Assembly: GCA_013426185.1 (NCBI GenBank)
Contig: CP058602.1
Location: 138,231-202,230, forward strand
Reading direction: 5' to 3'
DNA from: Candidatus Woesebacteria bacterium
GTDB lineage: Bacteria > Patescibacteriota > Microgenomatia > UBA8517
DNA length: 64,000 nucleotides
Shown one piece after another: positions 1-9,271 of the stretch. The notes under the pieces are model-generated. The model ran no database searches and was not told where the DNA came from. It was given only the letters and a program-made list of their open reading frames with translations. The first letter of the stretch is position 1. Each line of letters starts with the position of its first letter. The translations under genes and the position numbers were made by a program.

Positions 1-843
1 TTATCAAGAAAATCTTCAGGTCAGGCTGTGCTCCTTGTCATTTTGGGGATGGCAGTAGTCTTAACAATTGTTCTTTCTGTTGTCTCAAGAAGTGTAACTG
101 ATGTTTCGGTAACTAACGTTGAAGAAGGTTCTTCGAAGGCATTTTCAGCAGCTGAGGCGGGCATAGAAAGACTTTTAATTGGAGATGCTTCTTTCATATC
201 TAATCTTGACCTAGGCAATAATGCCTCTATTCAATCAGCTCAATCACTGGTTTTGGGAGAAGGAGAAACCTCTTTTGATTTTCCTGATACCTATAATTCT
301 GGCGATTTGGCTACTGTCTGGTTTGTTTCACACGATGACACCAATATTCAAAAGTTGAGCTGCACTGGCAAGCCTTGTTTTAATGGCACTAGTTTTTCTA
401 TTCACTGGAACGGCGATGTAGCCGTTGAGGTTTCTGTCTATTATGATACTAATGGAAGTTCTGGAGTAATTGCGTCAACTCCCAATTTTAGCGGTGTAAA
501 AGTAAAGCGCTTTGCTTTTGACCCTAATGCTACTAGGAGGAATAATAATAAGTTTAGTGCTACAATAGCATCTTCACAACAAGGCTACTCTTATTCCAGT
601 GGTGATATAAGTTTATCTGGCTTGACTAGGCCTCTTTTTGCTCGTGTTAAGTTTCTTTATGGGTCAGCTTCTGGTTTTAGGGTAACTACTGTTGGAGGTG
701 CTCTGCCTTCACAAGGGAGATTGTTGGTCTCAAAGGGTGCGGCAAGTAATGCTACAAGACAGATAGAAGTGCGTGATTATTATCGTGCTCCCATTGAGGT
801 CTTCGAGGCTGGAATTTTCAGCCAAGGTGATCTTACTAAATAA
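1..843 (+). CDS. PilX-like minor pilin (5' end outside window)
   Basis: Frame open from base 1: RKSSG|QAVLLVIL prepilin-like site, hydrophobic helix, AFSAAEAGIE PilX N-terminal motif; upstream of pilM. Confidence 0.7.
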   Translation, partial: LSRKSSGQAVLLVILGMAVVLTIVLSVVSRSVTDVSVTNVEEGSSKAFSAAEAGIERLLIGDASFISNLDLGNNASIQSAQSLVLGEGETSFDFPDTYNSGDLATVWFVSHDDTNIQKLSCTGKPCFNGTSFSIHWNGDVAVEVSVYYDTNGSSGVIASTPNFSGVKVKRFAFDPNATRRNNNKFSATIASSQQGYSYSSGDISLSGLTRPLFARVKFLYGSASGFRVTTVGGALPSQGRLLVSKGAASNATRQIEVRDYYRAPIEVFEAGIFSQGDLTK

Positions 844-854
844 ATTAACTTAAA

Positions 855-1877
855 ATGAGTGTTGGCATTGATATTGGTTCCAAATCTATTAAAGTAGTTG
901 AGCTTGAGAAAAAAAATAATAGCTGGTCTTTAAAAGGATCTGGCATTGTTGGCTATTCGGGAATACTGGTTGAAAATGCTAAGGAGGAAAAGGATCTCAT
1001 TCCTCTGGCGGAGATTATCAAAAAGCTCTTTAATGAAGCTAAAATCTCAAGGCGTGAGGTTTTTCTTTCCCTGCCTGAGCGTTTTGCTTTTGTTAAGGTT
1101 ATTACCTTTCCGCTTTTGACTAATCAAGAAATAGATGCGGCTTTAAAGTGGGAGGCTGACCAATATGTCCCCATTCCTCTTGAAGAAGCGATAATGCAAT
1201 ATCAGATAATTTTAAGAGACGAGAAATCTAACCCGCCTCAAGTAAAAGTGCTTTTGGTAGCAACTCGTCGTTCCTTGGTTGAGAAATATGTTCTCTTAGC
1301 TCAACTAGCAGGCCTTCAGGTTTTAGCTGTAGAAAATGAACTTTTATCACTATCACGAGTATTGGTTACGCAGGAAGATTTGTCTACGATTGTCAATTTT
1401 GGGGCGCTATCAACTGATATTGGAATTAGTAAGTCGGGAAAATTATGGTTTTCGCGTTCTATTCCGACAGGAGGCGATGCACTAACAAGAGCTATAGTTC
1501 AAGGATTAAGAATCGAACCAGCTCAAGCTGAAGAATATAAAAAGGCTTATGGTTTATCCTCCACTTTGCTTGAGGGAAAGGTAAGGTTAGCAATGGAGCC
1601 TGTGATGCAGTCTTTGGTGGGTGAAATAAAGAAGGCTGTTCAGTATTTTGTTTCTGAGAATCCCCAATTCGGTAAACCTAAACAGTTGATTGTCTCGGGA
1701 GGATTAACAAGTCTGCTGGATTTGATAGCCTATCTTACTAAAGAGTTTGATATGGAGATTTTGGTGGCTAATCCATTTTTGCAAATTCAGATTCCAGCAG
1801 AGTCTCAAAAAGTAATAGTTGATTATGCGCCCTTTTATAGCGTAGCTGTTGGTTTGGCTTTAAGAGAGAATATATAA
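855..1877 (+). CDS. pilM: Type IV pilus assembly protein PilM
   Basis: VGIDIGSKSIKVVEL actin-like N-terminus, YVPIPLEE, VAVGLALR C-terminus. Confidence 0.92.
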   Translation: MSVGIDIGSKSIKVVELEKKNNSWSLKGSGIVGYSGILVENAKEEKDLIPLAEIIKKLFNEAKISRREVFLSLPERFAFVKVITFPLLTNQEIDAALKWEADQYVPIPLEEAIMQYQIILRDEKSNPPQVKVLLVATRRSLVEKYVLLAQLAGLQVLAVENELLSLSRVLVTQEDLSTIVNFGALSTDIGISKSGKLWFSRSIPTGGDALTRAIVQGLRIEPAQAEEYKKAYGLSSTLLEGKVRLAMEPVMQSLVGEIKKAVQYFVSENPQFGKPKQLIVSGGLTSLLDLIAYLTKEFDMEILVANPFLQIQIPAESQKVIVDYAPFYSVAVGLALRENI

Positions 1878-1879
1878 AA

Positions 1880-2401
1880 ATGGCAGAAATAAATCTATAT
1901 CCTGAAAAACAGAGACAAAGTATAAGTTGGTATAAATTTTCTCAATCTTTTAAAACAATAAATTTTGTTATTACCGTTATCTTTTTTGTGACAGCATTGA
2001 TTATAGTTGCTTTTATTATTTTGAATCAAAATGCTATTAATCAGGCTAAGGCTGAAGAAGATGATTATAGAAGTAGGTTAAAAGCTCTTTCTGGTGTTGA
2101 GTACCAATATATGTTTATTAAAGATAGAGCGGCAAAAGCTGATGAGATTTTAAAAGCAAGAAAGGTGGTTAAGAATCTAGAGGATATAAATTCGATTATG
2201 CAAAAAGTGGGCGATGTTAATTTGACAGAAGTTCAACTTGAAAAGAACAAGCTCTCAATCACCGCTACTGTGCCAGCTTTTTCCAGTCTTAAAACTTTTA
2301 TCTCAGAAATTAAATCTCTTGAATCCTACCAAAAAGTAATGATTGATTCCTTGAGTTTTAGTCCGGATAAAGGATATAGTCTGCAAATAAATTTCCAATA
2401 G
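1880..2401 (+). CDS. PilN-like pilus alignment protein
   Basis: EINLYP N-terminal motif, TM helix, coiled coil; follows pilM. Confidence 0.7.
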   Translation: MAEINLYPEKQRQSISWYKFSQSFKTINFVITVIFFVTALIIVAFIILNQNAINQAKAEEDDYRSRLKALSGVEYQYMFIKDRAAKADEILKARKVVKNLEDINSIMQKVGDVNLTEVQLEKNKLSITATVPAFSSLKTFISEIKSLESYQKVMIDSLSFSPDKGYSLQINFQ

Positions 2402-2404
2402 CTT

Positions 2405-3121
2405 ATGTTAACAGTCAAAAAAAATGATTTAGGAGCAAATTTGTCGAATTTAAGGGCGAATTCTTCTTTTGTTCCGTCTTTATACTTTTTGACAATAATA
2501 GTTCTCTTGGGTATTGTTCTTAAAGTGGGTATTTCTAAAATTAACGAGCAGAAAAGAACCTTAGCCGATATTAAAAGCAGAATATCTATCTTGGCGGATA
2601 AAGAAAAGACTCTTTCTCAAGCTAAAAATGACATGATAGGAATTTTCTATAATCCAGCAAGCATTGCTTTACCTACCGAAAATCCGGCTCTAGTTTCTTT
2701 TTCTGAAGCAAGGTCTCTTTTGAATTTATATCTTTTACCTATTGATGAATACAGTATTAATGTGGGTGGCGATGTTCAAGATCAGACAGTAGTGGGAACT
2801 ACGCAATTACAGTTTACTATCTTTGGAAAAATGGATCAGGTCTTAGCATTTCTCAAAGATCTAGAAAAAAATTCTCCTTTGACAGTAGTTAACAAGTTGA
2901 GTTTTTCAAACCAGAAAGATCTCTTAAATGTTGAGATTAGTATTAATTCATTCTTTAGTCCTTTTGTGGCTAGTAAAACTGCAGTTGATCTTCCTCTCCA
3001 AAAAATTACTGAGTCGGAAAAAAGCGTTTTGATGGATTTGGGAAATTTGAAGCAACCTACTTTTTCTAACCCTTCCCCCAATGGTCCTTTCAATAGAGAG
3101 AATCCTTTTTCGAGCCTTTAG
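2405..3121 (+). CDS. PilO-like protein
   Basis: TM plus coiled coil, FLKDLE motif, RENPF end; follows pilN-like gene. Confidence 0.6.
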   Translation: MLTVKKNDLGANLSNLRANSSFVPSLYFLTIIVLLGIVLKVGISKINEQKRTLADIKSRISILADKEKTLSQAKNDMIGIFYNPASIALPTENPALVSFSEARSLLNLYLLPIDEYSINVGGDVQDQTVVGTTQLQFTIFGKMDQVLAFLKDLEKNSPLTVVNKLSFSNQKDLLNVEISINSFFSPFVASKTAVDLPLQKITESEKSVLMDLGNLKQPTFSNPSPNGPFNRENPFSSL

Positions 3122-3382
3122 TTAATTTTCTTGATTTTCAGAAACAACTTTAAGTATAATTCTCTTTTTCATTAAAGTTGCTTTTATCTTTAAAATTTGA
3201 GAAATAGATTTTATTACTTTTCCTCCCTTCCCAATCAAAATTCCAGCATCTTCAGAATTCGGCTTAATATAAAATGTGATAAGTCCATCTTCTGTTTCTT
3301 CTTTACTTATGGTCACGTCTTTACCAGGGATGATTGAAGAGATTATAAACTTGAGTAGTTCTTCCATATTATTACTTTCCAA
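3122..3382 (-). CDS. khpA: KH-domain RNA-binding protein (KhpA family); start probably 3367
   Basis: GILIGKGGKVIKSI KH motif; follows rpsP. Confidence 0.85.
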   Translation of the reverse strand: MESNNMEELLKFIISSIIPGKDVTISKEETEDGLITFYIKPNSEDAGILIGKGGKVIKSISQILKIKATLMKKRIILKVVSENQEN

Positions 3383-3593
3383 GCAGGTTTTTTACTGACT
3401 GATTAAGAACAGCTCCTTTTTTAAGCCAGTCTTCAAGTTTTTCTTGGTTAATTTTGAATTCTTTCTTGACCGGATTCCAAAAACCCAAAACCTCCCTTGG
3501 TTCCCCTTCTCTTTTTTTAGATTCGTCAATAGCAACAATACGATAAAATGGCTTGTTTCTTTTCCCCAACCTTGATAGCCTAATTTTGATCAT
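3372..3593 (-). CDS. rpsP: 30S ribosomal protein S16
   Basis: MIKIRLSRLGKRNKPFYRIV signature. Confidence 0.97.
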   Translation of the reverse strand: MIKIRLSRLGKRNKPFYRIVAIDESKKREGEPREVLGFWNPVKKEFKINQEKLEDWLKKGAVLNQSVKNLLGK

Positions 3594-3624
3594 AGATACT
3601 TATTCTAACTTATTTAGCTTGAGA

Positions 3625-4305
3625 TTACAATAGTTTTAGTGCTTCTTGAGCTGCTTTCTGTTCAGCTTCGGATTTGCTTTTTCCTGATCCTTCGGCTATA
3701 TATTTGCCGTTAACTGCTACTCTTACTACAAATGTTTTTTGATGATCGGGACCTGATTCTTTGACTACATTGTATTTTGGCGCTGGCAGTCCTTTTGATT
3801 GGACTTTTTCCTGAAGCCTGCTTTTAGCGTCTTTCAACGGCTGCCTGATCATGTCCTGGGTCTTGGAAAGTATATTTGTTTTGATAAATTCTTCAGCTTT
3901 TTCTAGGCCTTGGTCAATAAACAAAGCTCCTATAATTGCTTCAACGGTGTCTGCCAAAAGCGAAGGATTTTCCCTGCCCCCTGTTTCTTCTTCTCCTTTT
4001 GATAAAAAAAGTTCTTTTCCAAGACCAAGATCTCTTGCTGTCTGGGAAAGGCTTACGGTATTGACCAAATTGGCGCGGAGAGAGGTAAGAAAACCTTCTT
4101 TTTTATTTGGGAATTGAAGAAAAAGTTCTTTTGAAACTATAAATTCTAAAATTGCGTCTCCTAAAAATTCCAATCTTTCGTTGTTATCTCTTATTCCAGG
4201 ATGTTCGTTAACCCAGGAGCGGTGAGTAAGGGCCTCTTCAATAATTTTGGGGTTGTTGAAGCTTCTTTTTAAATTTTGAAAATCTTGGGAATTATTCATT
4301 GTCAA
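3625..4305 (-). CDS. rnc: Ribonuclease III
   Basis: NERLEFLGDAIL motif plus dsRBD. Confidence 0.97.
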   Translation of the reverse strand: MTMNNSQDFQNLKRSFNNPKIIEEALTHRSWVNEHPGIRDNNERLEFLGDAILEFIVSKELFLQFPNKKEGFLTSLRANLVNTVSLSQTARDLGLGKELFLSKGEEETGGRENPSLLADTVEAIIGALFIDQGLEKAEEFIKTNILSKTQDMIRQPLKDAKSRLQEKVQSKGLPAPKYNVVKESGPDHQKTFVVRVAVNGKYIAEGSGKSKSEAEQKAAQEALKLL

Positions 4306-4543
4306 CTAAATATTCTATCAATTCTCCAACAGTTTCCACCTCTTCATTAAAGATGTTTTCATCAATATTAAAGTCTTTTTCATTCATAAGTTGGATAAAA
4401 TCTGCTATTTCAGCAGGTCCCATATGCAAGTCTTCGATGAAAGAATCTTCAGCTTGGATATCCGTATAATCAGTTCCCAGAACCTGAGAAAGCAAAACAC
4501 GGATTATGTCAAAATATTTTTTATTCTTTTTTTCGTCTCTCAT
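4292..4543 (-). CDS. Acyl-carrier-protein-like protein lacking the canonical DSL serine
   Basis: Small acidic protein with ACP-like pattern (FIEDL...ETVGELIEYL) directly upstream of rnc; ATG at 4543 preferred. Confidence 0.65.
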   Translation of the reverse strand: MRDEKKNKKYFDIIRVLLSQVLGTDYTDIQAEDSFIEDLHMGPAEIADFIQLMNEKDFNIDENIFNEEVETVGELIEYLVDNE

Positions 4544-4544
4544 T

Positions 4545-4907
4545 TTATTTTTCTTTGTTTGATTTTTGGTAAATAAAACCCAAGACTCCATTTACAAAGG
4601 AAGCTGAGTTTTCGCTACCAAATTCTTTGGCCAGTTCTACCGCTTCGTCAATGATAACTTTTGGCGGAGCATCTTCTGTAAGCATCTCGTAGACCGCTAG
4701 TCTTAAGATTGCCAAATCGATTTTATTTAGCTTGTCAATTGGCCAAAGTGGTGCACTTTCGCTAATCAATTTATCAATTTCTTCTCTTTTGTCAAGAATA
4801 TCTTTTACAGATTTATTAAAATTTGGCTGGTGAGCAAATTCTTCAGCAAAAAGAAGCTTTACTATTTCTCTTCTTTTTTGGTGCCTTGGATCACGGTAGG
4901 ATTTCAT
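4545..4907 (-). CDS. nusB: Transcription antitermination factor NusB
   Basis: IDLAILRLAVYE, IDEAVELAKEFG, FVNGVLG. Confidence 0.95.
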   Translation of the reverse strand: MKSYRDPRHQKRREIVKLLFAEEFAHQPNFNKSVKDILDKREEIDKLISESAPLWPIDKLNKIDLAILRLAVYEMLTEDAPPKVIIDEAVELAKEFGSENSASFVNGVLGFIYQKSNKEK

Positions 4908-4909
4908 TC

Positions 4910-5071
4910 CTAGCTATACATCTGACAATTTTCGCAAAGCTTGTGTGGCAGTTTGAGCTTTTTGCAATTAGGGCAAACGACCAAGTTAGGCAAAAGAATC
5001 TTGTTTGATGAACTATTTAATCTTTTGCCGCTTCGGCTTCTTGTATGTTTTCTTTTAGGTAAAGGTGTCAT
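4910..5071 (-). CDS. rpmF: 50S ribosomal protein L32 (not in ORF track)
   Basis: Manual translation MTPLPKRKHTRSRSGKR...CPNC...PHKLCENC, 53 aa zinc-ribbon type. Confidence 0.93.
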   Translation of the reverse strand: MTPLPKRKHTRSRSGKRLNSSSNKILLPNLVVCPNCKKLKLPHKLCENCQMYS

Positions 5072-5137
5072 ACAGGGTATTTTATCCCTTTTAGTGCTTC
5101 TAATGCAACTGGCAAATGAGGCAGAGGTGTCAAGAAT

Positions 5138-5508
5138 AGGTAAAAGGCAAGAGGTAAAAAAGGTAAAAGGTAAAAGAGTTCGGCTATCGAATATCAGACG
5201 TCAGATATCAGACATCGGACGTTGGCTGTCAGATGTCGGACATCAGCCATCAGCTGTCGGATGTCGGAATTTAGTTGGAGCTAGCCGAAGCCGGACGAAA
5301 GATTGTATTTAGTATTTTGTATTATGTATTATGCAGGAGAATGCATTGTCCCCATAATACATAATTCATAATACTAAATTCAGTGTTCATAATCTGTTTC
5401 TAATTTGTAAAATTGGAAAATTGTAATTTGTTTAGAATTTAGGATTTAGAAATTAGAATTTAGTTCTTGTGATTTGTATATTGCAATTTGGATTTTGTAG
5501 TTTGTAAT
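5138..5508. repeat. Modular 7-bp-period repeat mosaic, locus A
   Basis: Successive degenerate heptamer blocks: AGGTAAA, TCRGAYR, TATTATG/CATAATA, AATTTAG. Confidence 0.85.
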
Positions 5509-7518
5509 TTACACTATTCCTTCTTCTATTTCTTCAATTATCTTTTTATACTTTTTTCTATTTTTAAAGATATCCTCGGCAACTTCTCTTGCTTTTTTGA
5601 TTATCTCAAAATCAGACCAGCTGCCGGCTCTAAGCTCAGGAAAACCGTGTTGCCTTATTCCCCATACTTCTCCTGGGCCTCTTAATTTTAAGTCAATCTC
5701 TGCTAATTTAAATCCGGACGACTCTTTTCTCAATGCTTCTAAGCGTCTGTAGACCCTTTGGGAAGGGTTTTCACTAAAAAGTAAACAGTATCCTTTCTTT
5801 TCACCTCTTCCCACCCTACCCCTTAGTTGGTGAAGTTGGGCAAGACCAAATCTCTCAGCAGCTTCAATAATCATGATATTTGCGCTTGGAATATCAATTC
5901 CTACTTCAACAACAGGGGTTGATACCAAAATATTAATTTTGCCCTCTTTGTAACTTTTAATTATTTCGTCTTTTTCTTTGTTTTTTAATCTGCCGTGAAG
6001 AAGACCTACTTTAAAATTTTTAAATATTTTTTTAAGTTTCAAAAATTCTGATTCGGCAGCCTTTATTTGCTGCATTGATTCTTTTTCTGACTCTTCAATA
6101 AGAGGACAGATAATAAAAACCTGGTCTTTGTCTTTTTCTATTTTTTCTTTTATCCAGTTGTAAGCACCTGCTCTTTTTTCCTCGGGGACTATCCAGGTAA
6201 CAACGTCTCTTTTTCCTTTGGGCATCTCTTCAAGTAAAGAAAGATCTAAATTGCCGTAGGCGGTTAAGGCTATCGTTCTTGGAATAGGGGTAGCTGTCAT
6301 TGTTAAAATATGTGGCTGATATTTTTCTTTTTTTGTTTTTTCTACAAGTTTTGCTCTTTGTTTAACTCCAAATTTGTGCTGCTCATCAATTACGACAAGA
6401 GCGACATTTTCAAAATCTACACTTTTATGAATTAAAGAATGTGTTCCAATAATAACGTCTGCATTTTCTGGGTCAATTTTTTCAGAAGCGGTAGCAAGAC
6501 CTATTTTCATTCCTGTTTTTTCAAAAATTTCTTTGAAAGTTTTGTAATGTTGTTTGGCTAGAATTTCTGTTGGGGTCATCAAAACGGCTTTCTTTTGGTT
6601 TTTAAAAGCAACAAAAGAAGCAAAGGCGGCAACTACTGTTTTTCCACTACCAACATCTCCTTCAAGGAGTCTATTCATTGGATAATTTCTTTTGAGGTCG
6701 CTTGCTATTTCTTTGATGCTTCTTTCCTGGCTGGGGGTAAGATTGAAAGCAAGCAAGGATTTAAATAAGTTGTAAGTTTCCCCATCGCTTTTTAGAGGGT
6801 ATGAAAAGTTATTTTTTTGCCAGTTGATCTTTTTTGCAAGACTTGTGATTTGAAGTCTAAGGAACTCTTCAAAAGCCAGTCTTTCTCTTCCTAACCTTGC
6901 TTCTTCTTCGTTTTTTGGAAAGTGGACAAAGTGATAGGCTTTGCCAATTTTAGGATAACCAAGTTTTTTTAAAGTAGAGCTTGGAAATTTTTCTTCTATT
7001 TGGTCTTGATAAATTTCAAGAGCTAGTTTAATTTTGCTTCTGAACCATTTTGAACTCAAGCCTTTGGTTGAGCTATAAAGCGGAACTAATCTTCCTGTAT
7101 GAATTTTGCCTTTAATTTGGCTCTTTTCGTATTCGGGAGAAATAAGAGTTTTTTTACCTCTAAAAAGGCTGACTTTTCCGGCAAAGGAATACTTTTGGTT
7201 TTTCTTGATGTTTTGGACAAGAAAAGGTTGATTAAACCAGACGATGTTTATTCTACCCGTATTGTCCTCAATTAGTGCATTTTGCATAGTGAGACCTCTT
7301 CTTGTGTAAATATTTTTGATTTCTAAAACTTTGCCTGAAATGGTTACAATTTCATCTATATTGGCTTTTGCAATTTCAACTTGCTTGGTGAAGTCAAGAT
7401 AGCGGTAAGGAATGTAGGAAATAAGGTCAGATATTGTTTTGATGCCTATTTTTTCAAGTAATAAGGCATAATGATAACCTATTGAAGGCAGTTTGGTTAC
7501 AGAATCTTCTAAATCCAT
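5509..7518 (-). CDS. recG: ATP-dependent DNA helicase RecG
   Basis: GDVGSGKT, DEQHKFG, MTATPIPRT, QLHQLRGRVGRG. Confidence 0.97.
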   Translation of the reverse strand: MDLEDSVTKLPSIGYHYALLLEKIGIKTISDLISYIPYRYLDFTKQVEIAKANIDEIVTISGKVLEIKNIYTRRGLTMQNALIEDNTGRINIVWFNQPFLVQNIKKNQKYSFAGKVSLFRGKKTLISPEYEKSQIKGKIHTGRLVPLYSSTKGLSSKWFRSKIKLALEIYQDQIEEKFPSSTLKKLGYPKIGKAYHFVHFPKNEEEARLGRERLAFEEFLRLQITSLAKKINWQKNNFSYPLKSDGETYNLFKSLLAFNLTPSQERSIKEIASDLKRNYPMNRLLEGDVGSGKTVVAAFASFVAFKNQKKAVLMTPTEILAKQHYKTFKEIFEKTGMKIGLATASEKIDPENADVIIGTHSLIHKSVDFENVALVVIDEQHKFGVKQRAKLVEKTKKEKYQPHILTMTATPIPRTIALTAYGNLDLSLLEEMPKGKRDVVTWIVPEEKRAGAYNWIKEKIEKDKDQVFIICPLIEESEKESMQQIKAAESEFLKLKKIFKNFKVGLLHGRLKNKEKDEIIKSYKEGKINILVSTPVVEVGIDIPSANIMIIEAAERFGLAQLHQLRGRVGRGEKKGYCLLFSENPSQRVYRRLEALRKESSGFKLAEIDLKLRGPGEVWGIRQHGFPELRAGSWSDFEIIKKAREVAEDIFKNRKKYKKIIEEIEEGIV

Positions 7519-7521
7519 TCT

Positions 7522-7632
7522 TTAAAATTTTAAGCCATAAACCAAAAGCGGTAGTATGGAAGAAAGAATGAGACCAAGAGTGGTGATAATAACTAGAATT
7601 ATAATGAGTTTGCGTCTTTTGTTTTTGCCCAT
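7522..7632 (-). CDS. 36-aa single-TM small protein
   Basis: MGKNKRRKLIIILVIITTLGLILSSILPLLVYGLKF fills the tyrS-recG gap exactly. Confidence 0.65.
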   Translation of the reverse strand: MGKNKRRKLIIILVIITTLGLILSSILPLLVYGLKF

Positions 7633-7635
7633 AAT

Positions 7636-8778
7636 CTAGTTGACTGTGGCGAAAATTTTCTTGCCTATTTTTATTTTGTCTCCTGCCTTTATCTTTGCCA
7701 AATAATTTTTAACTGTTTTTCCATTGACATCAACTGAACCACTACTTATGAGTCTTTTAGCTTCTGATTTGCTACCAAGAAGCGGAAAAATGGTCTCAAG
7801 TAAATTTTCGTTTAGCTTTATCTTAAGATCGTATGTCGGATTTTTTAGCTGAAAGTCTTTTTCAAATTTTTCTTGAGCTTGCCTTGCTTTTTCTTCGCCG
7901 TAGATTATTTTTACTACTTCAAAAGCTAGTCTTTTCTTCTGATTCAGGGGATCATTCTTAATTTCTCTTTCTAATTTAGCAAGTTCTAATTCGGTAAAAA
8001 GCTCAAACGCAGTCATTAGCATTTGGTCAGGAAAAGCCATTACTCCTCCAAATATTTTTTCAGGGGGTTCATCAAGGAAAATAGCATTGCCTTCCGTCTT
8101 TCCAACTTTTTTACCTTCTTTATCTTCAAGAAGTTTTATGGTGAGGACGTATTTTTCTCTGCCAGTTAAAGCTTTCACTAGCTGGCGCCCGGCCATCATG
8201 TTAAACAATTGGTCAGAGCCTCCTATTTCAAGATCAACCCCTAATTTTACGCTGTCAATTGCCTGGGCGACAGGATAAAGAAACTCATGAAGGTAAATTG
8301 GGTTTTCTCTCTTGATTCTTTCCTGAAACATATCCCGTTCTATCATTTGTTGAACTGTAAAATTGCTTGTAATTTCGATCAAGTCAGAGAAAGTTATTTT
8401 TTCATTCCATTCGGAGTTATATTTGATTTCAGCTTTGTTTTCTCCTTTGAAATCTATGATCTGACTAATGGTCTTAAGCCAACCTTTTAGATTCTCTTCG
8501 ATTTCCTTCTTACTAAGCTGTTTTCGTGCTGATATTTTGCCTGTAGGATCACCAATTCTGCCTGTAAAATCGCCAATTAGAAAGATTACCTTATGCCCTA
8601 ATCTTTGGAATTGTTTTAGTTTTATGGTTCCAGCTAAGTGTCCAAGGTGGAGTGATTTGGCAGTAGGGTCAAAACCTTGATAGAGAGTTATTTTTCTTTC
8701 ACTCATTAACTTCTCTAGACCCTCTTTTGAAGGTAAGACTTCTTCTACTCCTCTTTCGAGTACTTCTTTTATTTCCAT
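7636..8778 (-). CDS. tyrS: Tyrosine--tRNA ligase
   Basis: GFDPTAKSLHLGH, GGSDQLFN, KVGKT, C-terminal S4-like domain. Confidence 0.96.
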   Translation of the reverse strand: MEIKEVLERGVEEVLPSKEGLEKLMSERKITLYQGFDPTAKSLHLGHLAGTIKLKQFQRLGHKVIFLIGDFTGRIGDPTGKISARKQLSKKEIEENLKGWLKTISQIIDFKGENKAEIKYNSEWNEKITFSDLIEITSNFTVQQMIERDMFQERIKRENPIYLHEFLYPVAQAIDSVKLGVDLEIGGSDQLFNMMAGRQLVKALTGREKYVLTIKLLEDKEGKKVGKTEGNAIFLDEPPEKIFGGVMAFPDQMLMTAFELFTELELAKLEREIKNDPLNQKKRLAFEVVKIIYGEEKARQAQEKFEKDFQLKNPTYDLKIKLNENLLETIFPLLGSKSEAKRLISSGSVDVNGKTVKNYLAKIKAGDKIKIGKKIFATVN

Positions 8779-8817
8779 TAATTTATTTTAACTCAAATTA
8801 TCAGGAGAGTAAATGAG

Positions 8818-9242
8818 ACTAGAACAAAGAACAAAGGGGAAAATCACAAATTCCAAATCACAAGATCCAAATACTAAATTCTAATATCTAAATTCTAAGC
8901 CCTGAACCAGAATAAATTCGATTCAGGGCAAGCAAATTCCAAATCACAAATTCCAAATTACAAAAAAAAATTCCAACTTTTAACTTTTAACTATTTTTTA
9001 ATTTTGCTTCCTACTTACTACATTCTACTTTCTACTTTCCTTTCCTGCATAATACATAATACAAAATACTAGATACAATCTTCCGACCAGCTCCGACTAA
9101 ATTCCGATAGCCGACAGCTGATGGCTGATGTCCGACATCCGATAGCCGACATCCGATATCAGACAGCCGATATCTCTGGCGTCTGCTCCTTTCTACTTAC
9201 TACGTTCTACTTTCTACTTGAGTTTCTTTTAACTTTAAACTT
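8818..9242. repeat. Modular 7-bp-period repeat mosaic, locus B (inverted relative to A)
   Basis: Reverse complement shares 29-42 bp exact blocks with loci A and F. Confidence 0.85.
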
Positions 9243-9271
9243 ACTCCCGTCTTGTATGGTAAAATATTTTA

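Noticed and set aside
4941-5312. 123-aa + strand ORF
   Set aside because: Antisense to rpmF and runs through heptamer repeats
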